IMG/VR virus record: IMGVR_UViG_3300031998_000003 | Coordinates: 160,001 to 224,000 of that record | DNA length: 64,000 bases | DNA from: a virus | Taxonomy: Duplodnaviria; Caudoviricetes | Strand: one strand, 5' to 3' | Part shown: positions 27,815 to 37,924 of the stretch, piece after piece | Numbering within the stretch: the first letter of the stretch is position 1 | How the letters are laid out: each line of letters begins with the position of its first letter | Notes under the pieces: model-generated | Seen by the model: only the letters and a program-made list of their open reading frames with translations | Database searches by the model: none | What the model was told of the DNA's origin: nothing | Translations under genes and position numbers: made by a program

Positions 27815-28804
27815 TCACACTGAATCATTTACCGAATCGGTATCTGTATTAATCTCAGATTTGTAGATGACCGGATACTTGTTTTCAAGCTCATCTAGAG
27901 CAACTTTCGACTCAAGATCAACTTCTTTGATTGCGGCGTTTGGTGGTGGATAATCCGGCATTATCTCATTATTTCCATTGAGCGTAACGTATTCTCTGTC
28001 GTTGGGATCATCACCAATCATGACATGAATTTTCGGATTGTCCTTTTCAAATTTGACGGTTTCAGGGACTTCGTCAACTGATACGACATTTTCCAGCATA
28101 TTGGAAGCATCAGCAATACTCGTTTCTGGGTATTGAGAGAGCGGCGGTGACGGGACACTCGAGGGATTTGGCATGTTAAAGATATTATCCACGATTGACT
28201 TTCCAACATCGAATGCGGATGCACTTCTTCCAGGTGTTGCCGTTGCAGGACCACCACCAGCAACAGTTTGTTGTTGTTTGATGCGAAGCTCGGTGATGTT
28301 CTTCTTGATAGCCGCCTGCTCCTTTATAATAGAAAGCATTGCACTTCTAGCACTGGTTGCAGCTTGCATGGCAGCAATCGCATCTTCGTTCAGTCCGTAA
28401 GCACCTTTGTCAGTGTACATCTCCATGGCTTTTCTTTCAAAGACTTTGATCAATTTGGCCTGATCAGCAGCAAGTGTTTTCAGAGAAGCGATGTCAGACG
28501 AGAATATACGGTTCGGATCGATCTTTTCAGGACCGAACATTTCCTGGTTGTAGGTGACATCCAGTGTCGTTGTCGGTGTGTTCCACAGACCACCGACAAA
28601 CGGGTTGATGAATCCGTCCATCGGAATATACTGTGGTATTGCGGAAAACTCATGGAATCTTTCCATGAATGTATTCGGGCTGTATGGTTCATCAGTCCAA
28701 TTACTCGTCTGCTGAGGTTCAACACCGTATGCTGAGGAATCCAGACTTTCGAATGGGCAACTGTTATTCATTATTCCAATTGCATCAAACATTGAAGAAC
28801 TCAT
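27815..28804 (-). CDS. hypothetical protein with central coiled coil (329 aa)
   Basis: GAAAGGAG SD supports ATG 28804. Confidence 0.8.
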   Translation of the reverse strand: MSSSMFDAIGIMNNSCPFESLDSSAYGVEPQQTSNWTDEPYSPNTFMERFHEFSAIPQYIPMDGFINPFVGGLWNTPTTTLDVTYNQEMFGPEKIDPNRIFSSDIASLKTLAADQAKLIKVFERKAMEMYTDKGAYGLNEDAIAAMQAATSARSAMLSIIKEQAAIKKNITELRIKQQQTVAGGGPATATPGRSASAFDVGKSIVDNIFNMPNPSSVPSPPLSQYPETSIADASNMLENVVSVDEVPETVKFEKDNPKIHVMIGDDPNDREYVTLNGNNEIMPDYPPPNAAIKEVDLESKVALDELENKYPVIYKSEINTDTDSVNDSV

Positions 28805-28886
28805 TTCAGCATCTCCTTTCAAAAAAAATAATTTGAATGTTTCCATCCATACTTAAATGTCATTTGCTTCTGATCTTATTATGGTA

Positions 28887-30392
28887 TCATTCCATTTTTG
28901 TCAGACCGTATAGACCATTCAAACATTCAATTTCAATCGGAAATGCTGCATCCATATTTGGTTTTACGCAATATGCTTTTGAATACATCAGCTTCTCAGC
29001 TTGTGCATTTGCTTCTTCGGACCAGATACCTGTGCTCTTGACAGTATCACCGTCATAGTCACCACCAATGTTCTGTAGACGAGAATTTGCCATATTGATG
29101 ACATCAACAAATGACGTGGAAACTTTCATATGTGATGCTTCGGGATTGATGTCAGGATATGTCCGATACACTTCACCCTGAAACTGCACTGGAATTGTGG
29201 TGTTTGTTGATAACACATGAATCTTAGAGAAAAATGCACCAAGATGGTGACCGATCGGATAACGAACTGTGTACATATGTCTGTCAGCAGCGACTGTAGA
29301 ACGATATCCACATAGATAGATCACATCCGTCAACGTTAGTGGACGTGAGATTGTCTCATTCGTTTTCATGTTTAATGCACTGAAAATAATCGGTTTCTTA
29401 TTTTCCGGATCCAGATATAGGATGCGGAATCTGGATCCAGGGTTTCTCATGAAGATCTGAATCAGATCCGAGATCATCTTGTCATCGTAGATATTTTCGA
29501 TATCAGTGCGGTTTACTTCATCCGGATTTGGATGAATGGATACGATGTTATCATATGACAAAAATTGCTTCATGTGGAATTTCACAAATGGTTGGAATGC
29601 AGAGACGATTGTCATCAGCGGATAACCTGTACGAAAAATACCAACCTCTGGAGTATTGGATCTGTATGATGGAGCTGATATAACATTTCTGACAGTTCCA
29701 ACAGTATTCTTTGCCAACAGATTCTTCTGGAAGTAACCATTCTTTGTGCCAACAAATTTGTTGATGTAAGAGTATAGTTCGATCAACGTATCTTGAATTT
29801 GGTTGTTGACACGATGAACTGATGCCGTTGTGTGTGATGTAACACTCTTGAATCCAAGCAGTTTCATGTACAAAGAATTCAGCTCGGACTTTACCTGCTT
29901 ACCATTCTTCATACCACTTGGACGAAATGCCGGTGGTAGCACAAGAACTTTGTCAACAAACAACAACCGTCTTGGACACTTGATCAAAATATCGAGGGAC
30001 GCATCATTACGTGTATTTAGATTTTTCTTAATGTCGATTTCTTCCCAGATATTGTATAGATCACGGAACCCGCTGTATTTGCCGTCTTCAGCTTCAATCA
30101 GTTTTCCATCAATCAGATTGCATCTGATTTCACCATATGCCAACTTACGGATGATACCACCTGACCTGGTGATGATGTTTTTGGCAACATCAGGATTGAA
30201 CACATGAATCGGAAGTTTGATATAACCGCAGCGATACTTCTGCTCTTCTTCAGTCTGACCAAAGATTTCTTCGGAAAAAAGACCATTCGGGTTATATTGA
30301 TTCGGCGTTGAAAACATGACGGCCGATGTGACTTCCTTCAGATTGTTAACCCTGATATCTTGATCGATATCATATAGACCAACAATACGCAT
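28887..30392 (-). CDS. RNA polymerase beta-prime subunit, N-terminal/catalytic part (probably virion RNAP)
   Basis: GLFSEEIFG, GYIKLP..VFNP, VLPPAFRP, RNVIS, VRYP and catalytic GGDYDGD; late motif AC-GGTTCT-GTAA at 30431-30420. Confidence 0.92.
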   Translation of the reverse strand: MRIVGLYDIDQDIRVNNLKEVTSAVMFSTPNQYNPNGLFSEEIFGQTEEEQKYRCGYIKLPIHVFNPDVAKNIITRSGGIIRKLAYGEIRCNLIDGKLIEAEDGKYSGFRDLYNIWEEIDIKKNLNTRNDASLDILIKCPRRLLFVDKVLVLPPAFRPSGMKNGKQVKSELNSLYMKLLGFKSVTSHTTASVHRVNNQIQDTLIELYSYINKFVGTKNGYFQKNLLAKNTVGTVRNVISAPSYRSNTPEVGIFRTGYPLMTIVSAFQPFVKFHMKQFLSYDNIVSIHPNPDEVNRTDIENIYDDKMISDLIQIFMRNPGSRFRILYLDPENKKPIIFSALNMKTNETISRPLTLTDVIYLCGYRSTVAADRHMYTVRYPIGHHLGAFFSKIHVLSTNTTIPVQFQGEVYRTYPDINPEASHMKVSTSFVDVINMANSRLQNIGGDYDGDTVKSTGIWSEEANAQAEKLMYSKAYCVKPNMDAAFPIEIECLNGLYGLTKME

Positions 30393-30436
30393 ATTTCATA
30401 CCTCCTTAAGTGTATAAAGTTACAGAACCGTTTGAT

Positions 30437-30463
30437 CGATGGTGGGGATTTACCCCACCATCG
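30437..30463 (-). terminator. hairpin after small membrane protein gene
   Basis: CGATGGTGGGG-N5-CCCCACCATCG 11 bp stem. Confidence 0.7.
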
Positions 30464-30465
30464 TA

Positions 30466-30711
30466 TCACTTATGGCGCTCGCGCCACCGATCAATGTATT
30501 CAGAAATATCCATATCATTTCTCAGGGAGTACCAGCTAATCAAAAGCATACCAATAAGGCCCGGCCAAATGCCGAATGAATCAATGATATGGTTATTTGT
30601 AAATAGAACAATGAACAGATCTGCGATGATGTAAGCTATCGATATAATTGCGCCGAACCAGCTTACAACGAATCCTACATTCTTCCAGTCGATATGTCGT
30701 TTTGTCTTCAT
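30466..30711 (-). CDS. small two-TM membrane protein (81 aa)
   Basis: AAGGAG SD before ATG 30711; two hydrophobic stretches; early motif TATATCATT at 30861-30853. Confidence 0.7.
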   Translation of the reverse strand: MKTKRHIDWKNVGFVVSWFGAIISIAYIIADLFIVLFTNNHIIDSFGIWPGLIGMLLISWYSLRNDMDISEYIDRWRERHK

Positions 30712-30874
30712 GTAAAACACTCCTTGCTCTGTAAATCATAAACTTGTATTTCAATCGATTTACATATTCACCCATTGAGTACCACCTTCTTTCAATGCAC
30801 GGGTTCATTGAAAAATTGGAATATTCAGGCCCAACCCCTTCATATTCAAAATAATGATATACATTCATAAATAT

Positions 30875-31026
30875 AAAAAAAAATATGTGCGGGCCGAAGC
30901 CCGCACGCAAAAGAATTCTTGGAGGCGTCACATTTCTGTGACAACCCATGGACAACGGAAAACGTAGAAAACATACGTTGGGAATTCTTCACACGGCAAG
31001 TGAAGAAAGGTTCATTTCATGAACTT
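30875..31026 (-). ncRNA. candidate ncRNA C: four short hairpins with C/U-rich linkers plus cUUCGg terminator
   Basis: Late motif AC-AAATTT-GTAA (31036-31025); hairpins GTTCAT/ATGAAC, TTCTTCAC/GTGAAGAA, AACGTA/TACGTT, GTCACA-GAAA-TGTGAC; terminator GTGCGGGC-TTCG-GCCCGCAC + T9; no credible ORF. Confidence 0.65.
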
Positions 31027-31048
31027 ACAAATTTGTCGTCATCGTATG

Positions 31049-31057
31049 TATATTATT
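31049..31057 (+). promoter_or_regulatory. early-type promoter motif TATATTATT
   Basis: Same 9-mer at 36615, 37858, 51361 and TATATCATT at 20644 and 30861(-), always intergenic at the head of a transcription unit. Confidence 0.7.
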
Positions 31058-31133
31058 AAATCGGATAGGGAAGGTGTATAACTTCTAACCGCCTGAACTA
31101 ACTTTTACAAACCATCTATAGGAGGATACAGCA

Positions 31134-33479
31134 ATGCCGAAAATCAAAAACGGTCCAATGAAAGATGATAAGATTACCATTGTTGATTCCGATGTCGAAA
31201 AGATGCGACATCGTCCAACAATGTATATCGCAGCTCTCGGTGAGATGGGTGTACTGCACCTATGTAAAGAGATCATCGATAATAACCGAGATGAATGTTT
31301 GAAGCCGGAATCTCCTGGAGATACTATTAATATTGAGATCACAGATAAGCAGCTTCGTACACGGGATAATGGTCGCGGTATTCCGACGAAGCTGCTCCGG
31401 GTAGTTCATGAGACAAACCAGGCTGGTTCCAATATGACAAGAGCTCACGGTACAACTGCCGGTGAGAATGGAACTGGTACAACTGCAGCACTCGCGATGA
31501 GTGACTATTATGAGGTCACAACACTTCGTCCTCAGGAAAAGAAGAAGCTGACACTGGAATATGTTGACTCGAAGTTGACTGTAGAAGCGCTGGAGGATTA
31601 TAAGGAGAAAGATCATGGTCTGATCACGACTTATCGTCCGTCCAAGAAGATTCTCGGTTATGACAAGATTCCTGTGGATATGCTTGTGAAGTGGATAGAG
31701 GACTTCAAGTTTACATTACCAGCAGACATCAAACTGTTCTACTCCGTTCGTGGTGAACAATTCCAGATCAATCATCGGGCGTTGAATACATACTTTGATG
31801 ATTTCATCCCTGAAGATCAGCGTATGACATCGGCTCTATCATTTACGACGTCTGGAGAATTGAAGGAAGTCTTTGATGATGAAGAGTTCCAGCGTTCATT
31901 CTCATTGGAAGCTGCTATCGTATATTCATCGCCGGATTACCATGGAGAAGACATTCGTAAGAGTTGGATGAATATGATCCACACTTCTCAGAATGGATCA
32001 CATGTCAATGGTGTTGTGAATGGTCTGATCAAATATCTGTCTGAACGTGTGATCAAACGCAACAAGAAGCTGGAAGAAGATGAATCTCTGAAGAGAGACA
32101 TTTTGTCACATCTGCATGTGGTTGTCAATGCGAAGTGTGACTTTGCTCACATGTTTGCCTCACAGGCGAAGAGCACTGTCTTCCCGAGATCATTGACGAT
32201 TGCCATTGCGGATGCAACATATAAGACGTTGTGTGAAATGAACCAGAATCGTCTTGCAGAATATGTTGAGATCGTTCTGCAGAACAACCGTGTTCGCCGT
32301 GAAGGTGAGCGTGTTCGCAATGTGACATCTGAGACAAAGAAGAAGCAATGGAGTAAGAGCGATGCCTATCTCCCGTGTTCTTCGGTAAAGACAGCACAAC
32401 CGAAAGAGATCTTCTTCGTTGAGGGTGACTCGGCATCCGGAAGTATCAATGCAGCACGTGATGCAAAGTATCAGGCCATTCTCAAGTTCAGAGGTAAGAG
32501 TCTGAATGTATGGGATCTGACACTTGATGAGGCTTTGAAGAGTGCTGTATGGTTTGAAGTTGTCAAAGTTCTCGGGTGCGGTGTTGGTGCATCGTTCGAC
32601 ATTAAAAAGCTGAACTTTGATAAGATCATTATTGCAACGGATGCTGACGTTGATGGATATCATATCCGTGTTGGTATCTGTGCATTCTTCCTCAAGTTCA
32701 TGCCGCAGTTGTTTGAACAAGGAAAGATCTACATTGCAGAACCACCACTCTATCAGCTGGCATCTGGTAAGCAAATCTCTTATGTCACATCACAGACGGA
32801 GTATATCGATGTTTGTGTCAAGAGTGTTGGTAACATTGTTCTGAATTTCCCGAACATGCAATTCTCATGCAAAGCAAGAAAGTTCATCACATCTGCATTT
32901 GAATATCTGACACGTTTGAGTGATGTTTCAGCAAAGTTATCTGCGAACAGATATCTGCTGGAGTACGTAGCACATGGCTTCGTCGTTTGGGGTACCGTTG
33001 AGAGATTCATCGAAAACATTGATCAGTGGGTTCGGGATACTTGTAAAGTATTTCCAGAGCTGGGATTTGATCACAAGGCGCAACAAATCTATGCTACAGT
33101 GGATCTTGTGGACCAGGTTATTGTCCTGGACAATAATCTCATGAATGCACTTTCATATGTCATCAATGTCCAGCAAGAATACGGTATGTTCGTTGAGTTT
33201 GATGGAACACGTCTTCCGTTGGCAAAGTTCTTTGAGGTGATCGAACGTAAGTATCCTGTTATCAAAGACAGATACAAGGGCCTTGGTTCCTCGGATGCGG
33301 ATGTCCTGGAGGAGATTGTTATGAATCCAAAGACACGTCACATCTTCCAGCTGGATGCTTCTGATGCAAAGACCATGCAGGTATATGATATGCTTGTTGG
33401 TAAGTCAAAAGATGCAATGAGAGCACGTAAACAAATGATGCTTGACTTTGAATGGCAGCCGTCTGATATTGATACATAA
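31134..33479 (+). CDS. gyrB: type IIA topoisomerase B subunit (GyrB/ParE-like)
   Basis: RHRPTMYI, EIIDN..DE, DNGRGIP, GENGTG, FVEGDSA, RGK.LN, TDADVDG, RYKGLG. Confidence 0.95.
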   Translation: MPKIKNGPMKDDKITIVDSDVEKMRHRPTMYIAALGEMGVLHLCKEIIDNNRDECLKPESPGDTINIEITDKQLRTRDNGRGIPTKLLRVVHETNQAGSNMTRAHGTTAGENGTGTTAALAMSDYYEVTTLRPQEKKKLTLEYVDSKLTVEALEDYKEKDHGLITTYRPSKKILGYDKIPVDMLVKWIEDFKFTLPADIKLFYSVRGEQFQINHRALNTYFDDFIPEDQRMTSALSFTTSGELKEVFDDEEFQRSFSLEAAIVYSSPDYHGEDIRKSWMNMIHTSQNGSHVNGVVNGLIKYLSERVIKRNKKLEEDESLKRDILSHLHVVVNAKCDFAHMFASQAKSTVFPRSLTIAIADATYKTLCEMNQNRLAEYVEIVLQNNRVRREGERVRNVTSETKKKQWSKSDAYLPCSSVKTAQPKEIFFVEGDSASGSINAARDAKYQAILKFRGKSLNVWDLTLDEALKSAVWFEVVKVLGCGVGASFDIKKLNFDKIIIATDADVDGYHIRVGICAFFLKFMPQLFEQGKIYIAEPPLYQLASGKQISYVTSQTEYIDVCVKSVGNIVLNFPNMQFSCKARKFITSAFEYLTRLSDVSAKLSANRYLLEYVAHGFVVWGTVERFIENIDQWVRDTCKVFPELGFDHKAQQIYATVDLVDQVIVLDNNLMNALSYVINVQQEYGMFVEFDGTRLPLAKFFEVIERKYPVIKDRYKGLGSSDADVLEEIVMNPKTRHIFQLDASDAKTMQVYDMLVGKSKDAMRARKQMMLDFEWQPSDIDT

Positions 33480-33499
33480 AAAGAAATGGAGGAACTCAT

Positions 33500-35530
33500 A
33501 TGGGCGAACGGTTTGATTGGATGGTGGATCCCAAGTATTCACTGTTCGAAGATCTTAATGACATCGCAAATACTGATAAGGAAATCACAACGGCAAAACA
33601 AATTCATCAGTTGATCGGAGATCCGATTATCATCGACCGATACAAAGGTCATTTCGATAGTTTGTTTGACAGGTTAGTTGGTATTGCCGAGTTGTGTTGG
33701 GGTCTAATTGATCCCGATACAAACGACAAACTTCAGCGTACACCGATTAAAATCAAACATTCCGTTGATAATAATGATACGACCGATGTGCATGTGATTC
33801 CGCTGAATAGACTGTTGTTCTCGTTATCATTCTTACGTCCGCTGATGCCGTATATCGAAGAAATCAATCTGGATGACTTCCTGCTCAGACGATTTCTGTC
33901 ACAGAAAGATCGTCAGGTCTACCAAGATATGATTGTCCGAATACTACAGAAACACGGTGTCGCAATCACGGATATTCAGGAGAAAATGGCCCGGATGTCT
34001 CTGGATTGGAAGATGCTGTTGAAGGATTTTGCTCAAGCGGATGTTGCAATCTTCACAGCAGAGAATCTGTTCCTGGATCACTATCGTGAGGATGAGACGA
34101 TTCGCGAGATCAACAACACGGAATATCCATCTGACATGCAGACTGCTGATATCGTTGAAGAAAATGCGAAACGTTGGAAAGTACTGGAAGGCATCATGAC
34201 ATTGCGAGGAAATCCGTTCTTCCTCTGTAATAAGTATGTCAAAGTGTTGAAACCGAAGCAAGGTGAAGAGTTGTACATCAACTTCTCTCAGATTCCTGAC
34301 GGCAGAAACATCATTCCGGTTATCATGAACGGAAATGGATTCCGTGCAGGTTATGACAAGCTTCCGGTGTTCTACACAGGTGCGATTGCGTCTCGTGTTC
34401 CCGACATTATGAACAAAGACTACATGGGTATTGCTGGATATTTCAACAGAAATTTGATGATTCTCTCATATGGAACAATTTCTCCGACAGTCTGGGATTG
34501 CGGTTCTCAGAATCCTATTCCGATTGAAATCGATGAAACCATGCTTGAAATGATGGACGGTCGATATTATTATAATCAAAAAGGTGATGGCATTCTGCAT
34601 ATTCTCAAGAAAACCGATAGAGATAAACTCGGAAAGAAGTTGTGGTTCCGTTCTCCATGTACATGTAATCTGAATGAAGACTGCTGTCACATCTGCTACG
34701 GAACACGTGCCCTAAAGGTTGGTGACTTGAAGGGTGGATTCGTGTACACAACGGAGCAACTGACAAACCCCGTTCAACAGAATATTCTGTCGGCAAAACA
34801 TCTGTTGAAATCAAATGCTGAGAAAATCGTATTCTCAACAAACTTCGATAAGTATTTCGTCATGGACATGTCTATCATTATGCCGAAAGACGATAAGAAG
34901 TTTGACATCTATATTCGTGAGGATTATCTGGACAATATCTCTGAACAGTTTACATGCTATATCGGAAAAGATCTGGAACCAGTTACAATTTCCAATTACG
35001 CTTCTATCAATATTCCGGAAGCCGTGTTGGATAAATGTAAAGAAGTTACGATTGATGATGTGTCCTATTATAAGATCACATCGTACAAGATACTTGAATC
35101 CGGTGGTCAGTTCTGTATGATCATTCCGATCAATATCATGATGACACAGCGTTACATGGATATCATGAGACTGTTTGAACTCGACATTACAAAGTTTGAG
35201 AAGGTGGAAGACATTGTTACACGTCTTGCACATATGACACATAACCTAATTCCGATTCTGTCAACACACGGTGAGATTCTGATTGGACATCATCTGCGTG
35301 CAATTGATAACAAGCTTCTTCGACCGAACTGGCTTGTTCCGGATCAGAAGTATCAGATCATGAGACTGAAGACAGTCCTTCAGAATACGGAATCGTTTAC
35401 CACAGCACTTGCATTCGAGCAAACAAAACACCATCTGCTACATACGATCTTCGACGAGAGAAATGCTGTTAAGCGTGTTGGTGTTCGTTCGTTCCATGAC
35501 TACATGTTTGGAGAGGAGTATGCAATTTGA
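33500..35530 (+). CDS. RNA polymerase beta-prime subunit, C-terminal part (probably non-virion RNAP)
   Basis: Bridge helix AGYFNRNL, DCG, Zn site RSPCTC...CCHICYG, trigger loop QNILSAKH, HGEIL; early-type operon. Confidence 0.88.
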   Translation: MGERFDWMVDPKYSLFEDLNDIANTDKEITTAKQIHQLIGDPIIIDRYKGHFDSLFDRLVGIAELCWGLIDPDTNDKLQRTPIKIKHSVDNNDTTDVHVIPLNRLLFSLSFLRPLMPYIEEINLDDFLLRRFLSQKDRQVYQDMIVRILQKHGVAITDIQEKMARMSLDWKMLLKDFAQADVAIFTAENLFLDHYREDETIREINNTEYPSDMQTADIVEENAKRWKVLEGIMTLRGNPFFLCNKYVKVLKPKQGEELYINFSQIPDGRNIIPVIMNGNGFRAGYDKLPVFYTGAIASRVPDIMNKDYMGIAGYFNRNLMILSYGTISPTVWDCGSQNPIPIEIDETMLEMMDGRYYYNQKGDGILHILKKTDRDKLGKKLWFRSPCTCNLNEDCCHICYGTRALKVGDLKGGFVYTTEQLTNPVQQNILSAKHLLKSNAEKIVFSTNFDKYFVMDMSIIMPKDDKKFDIYIREDYLDNISEQFTCYIGKDLEPVTISNYASINIPEAVLDKCKEVTIDDVSYYKITSYKILESGGQFCMIIPINIMMTQRYMDIMRLFELDITKFEKVEDIVTRLAHMTHNLIPILSTHGEILIGHHLRAIDNKLLRPNWLVPDQKYQIMRLKTVLQNTESFTTALAFEQTKHHLLHTIFDERNAVKRVGVRSFHDYMFGEEYAI

Positions 35531-36573
35531 ATAAAGTATCAGTGGGTCCGATCAGTGGCATGCTCAAACCCAGATACAAAGTGATCTCTACACATTTGGG
35601 TGAAATATATAATCCGCTGCACGGGCTGGATGTATTCATCGATTTCAATTCATTCGTTCATAGCATATCCCGATATCAGAAGTATCTTAACTATCTTCCG
35701 TTCTCAGGTCCGGAGGTTGAGGTTGATCTGATTTCGGCATTTCTGACGACGTTAAATCATTGGAAAAACTTCGTGAAGAAATGGGACAATATTCGTGTCA
35801 TCGGATTTCTGAATAAGTTCGAAATGGGACGTCTTTGTGAGGCGTCCCAAATCAAATCGTATTTGGTTCCATACATGAATGCGTTCAAAGCAGATAGAAT
35901 GCAGCAGATTGTTTATTATGTGACAGAGGCTGTTCAGAAGGTACAAACAATTCTGAAGTATGTACCGAATATGTATCTGATCACATGTGATCAATTTGAT
36001 TCAATGATGATTCCGAATATTCTGGATGACTACGAGAAGTCCGGTCGACGTCGTATCATCATTTCCGGTAATCAGTTGCTCACTGGTTATTGTCTACAAC
36101 CGAACACACATGTTTTGTATTCAAGATATGGCAAACAGGGTATGCACCAGCTGTCAGATCTCGTGATGATTGCAAAGTCAATCACGAAGGTTGAAGATGA
36201 TATCGTCGCGGAGTTCACAAAGAACAAAGTCTTCTATAATCTTCTGCTTGTGATTGTTGGTGATTTCGAACGAGGTATCGTTGGTTTGACACAAATGGGA
36301 ATCACGACATTTGCGTATAATCTGTTGAGAGGTATCGAACAAGGTACCATCACAGCAAATCCCAAATCAGTTGAATCATGCCTGCCGATCATTGACAAAG
36401 TATACCATAAGTATGTATTGGATTCATATCCGTTGGTGGATATTGATTCACATACGAAGCTGATTAAACAATCTGCAATAGAAGAAGTCAAAACGAGCAT
36501 GATTGACTTTGTCGATATTGATGGATTGAGAAGTTTATCGATTGATGGATTGAATCTGTTGGAACTGCTATAA
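35527..36573 (+). CDS. FEN/PIN-fold 5'-3' exonuclease (T4 RNase H)-like protein, divergent
   Basis: VFIDFNS, IIISGN, H3TH-like VGDFERGIVGL..MGITT; TTG start overlapping upstream TGA with GAGGAG SD. Confidence 0.55.
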   Translation: MNKVSVGPISGMLKPRYKVISTHLGEIYNPLHGLDVFIDFNSFVHSISRYQKYLNYLPFSGPEVEVDLISAFLTTLNHWKNFVKKWDNIRVIGFLNKFEMGRLCEASQIKSYLVPYMNAFKADRMQQIVYYVTEAVQKVQTILKYVPNMYLITCDQFDSMMIPNILDDYEKSGRRRIIISGNQLLTGYCLQPNTHVLYSRYGKQGMHQLSDLVMIAKSITKVEDDIVAEFTKNKVFYNLLLVIVGDFERGIVGLTQMGITTFAYNLLRGIEQGTITANPKSVESCLPIIDKVYHKYVLDSYPLVDIDSHTKLIKQSAIEEVKTSMIDFVDIDGLRSLSIDGLNLLELL

Positions 36574-36576
36574 CGG

Positions 36577-36609
36577 ACGGGGGCCTCGTGCCCCCGTTTT
36601 GTTTTTCTT
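36577..36609 (+). terminator. intrinsic terminator
   Basis: ACGGGGGC-CTCGT-GCCCCCGT + T tract. Confidence 0.85.
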
Positions 36610-36614
36610 ATCGA

Positions 36615-36623
36615 TATATTATT
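36615..36623 (+). promoter_or_regulatory. early-type promoter motif
   Basis: TATATTATT directly after terminator. Confidence 0.7.
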
Positions 36624-36665
36624 ATATTGGCAATACCCAAATACTATACAAAGGAGAACAAATAT

Positions 36666-37853
36666 ATGGAAGAAAAAATCATGCCCTTTGTCAATCCATT
36701 AATTATCAGAGGGATTGACGGAGTTGTATCACTCATCAGAGGTAAGGCCCTGAAAACATTTGACATTTCTCCGCTGCTGTATAAGGATTCGGCACCGGAA
36801 GTTATGTCAAAATATTTCAAAAGCATACCAACAAGTCTCGTGATCGATCACAGATCAAGCTTCGAAGTTGATCAGAACGAGATTAAGTATGTGCAGCGTG
36901 CAGCCATACTGTCGAAATCTAATGTTGTAGATTTCACATTTTACAGACACACATTGATTATCCTTTCAATGACATCAATGAGGAGTAACGATGGTACCTA
37001 TTATGAGGATTGGATGATTCAATGTCTGAGCAACAAACACGACATCGCGATGACAATCGACTTTATGAAAAAGCTTAACAGGGAAATCAGATACGTTGGT
37101 GACCAAACTGCTAACGAACGATTCTCGATCGTTAAGAGCACGAACAGCATCATCACACAACATAACAGACCAATACGGTCATGGGATAATGTGTTCATCC
37201 CAATTGAAACCGAAACACTGATTCGTGAATCTCTGCATAAGTTCGCGAATTCTGTGAACTGGTATCGGGAACACAAAATCCCGTATCATTTCGGAATTCT
37301 GTTACATGGCAATCCCGGAACGGGAAAGTCATCTGTTGTGCAGGCGATTACACAGGAGATTCCATGTGATGTATGTGTGATCCCGCCTGGTGAATTATGG
37401 AATGCACTTGAGGAAGGCATCTTCACAAATTACAGAGATCTTTATCGGCATCAGGTTATTATCATCGAAGATGTCGACACAAATTGCTTTGGAAGGGAAT
37501 CAGATGACAATTTTGCTATGAAGACGCAGGACATCGGTATGAGTCCGGAACTGCTCGGAAAGCTTCTGAATTATATGGACGGATATGGCTCACCGGATGG
37601 CACAATCTGGATCTTGACAACGAATCACATTGACAAGTTGGATCCGGCATTGGTTCGTCCTGGACGCATTGATCTCAACATCGAGATTGGTCCTGCAACT
37701 GACGAAACATTTAAGAAGTTTATGAAGTTCCATTACGGATACGAAGTTCCTGACACATATCATATCAGAGATGGAATGTTGTTTGGTGATCTTCAGACGA
37801 AAGTTATGCTCGGCTGGACACCTGAACAGATCCTCGATTATTCCAGAATCTGA
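36666..37853 (+). CDS. BCS1-like AAA+ ATPase (395 aa)
   Basis: RSWDNVFI, WYREHKIPYHFGILLHGNPGTGKSS, IIEDVD, LLNYMDG, TTNHIDKLDPALVRPGRID; AAAGGAG SD supports ATG 36666. Confidence 0.88.
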   Translation: MEEKIMPFVNPLIIRGIDGVVSLIRGKALKTFDISPLLYKDSAPEVMSKYFKSIPTSLVIDHRSSFEVDQNEIKYVQRAAILSKSNVVDFTFYRHTLIILSMTSMRSNDGTYYEDWMIQCLSNKHDIAMTIDFMKKLNREIRYVGDQTANERFSIVKSTNSIITQHNRPIRSWDNVFIPIETETLIRESLHKFANSVNWYREHKIPYHFGILLHGNPGTGKSSVVQAITQEIPCDVCVIPPGELWNALEEGIFTNYRDLYRHQVIIIEDVDTNCFGRESDDNFAMKTQDIGMSPELLGKLLNYMDGYGSPDGTIWILTTNHIDKLDPALVRPGRIDLNIEIGPATDETFKKFMKFHYGYEVPDTYHIRDGMLFGDLQTKVMLGWTPEQILDYSRI

Positions 37854-37857
37854 TCTA

Positions 37858-37866
37858 TATATTATT
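37858..37866 (+). promoter_or_regulatory. early-type promoter motif
   Basis: TATATTATT intergenic. Confidence 0.7.
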
Positions 37867-37924
37867 AATGTGCAATATCCGGAATGCAAATTTCTGGATA
37901 AATAAAAACGAAAGGAAAATTACT

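Noticed and set aside
30466-30711. Holin call for the two-TM protein
   Set aside because: Preceded by an early-type motif and not linked to any lysin
30593-30955. 120 aa minus-strand ORF
   Set aside because: Runs through a terminator and promoter and overlaps the better supported membrane protein gene
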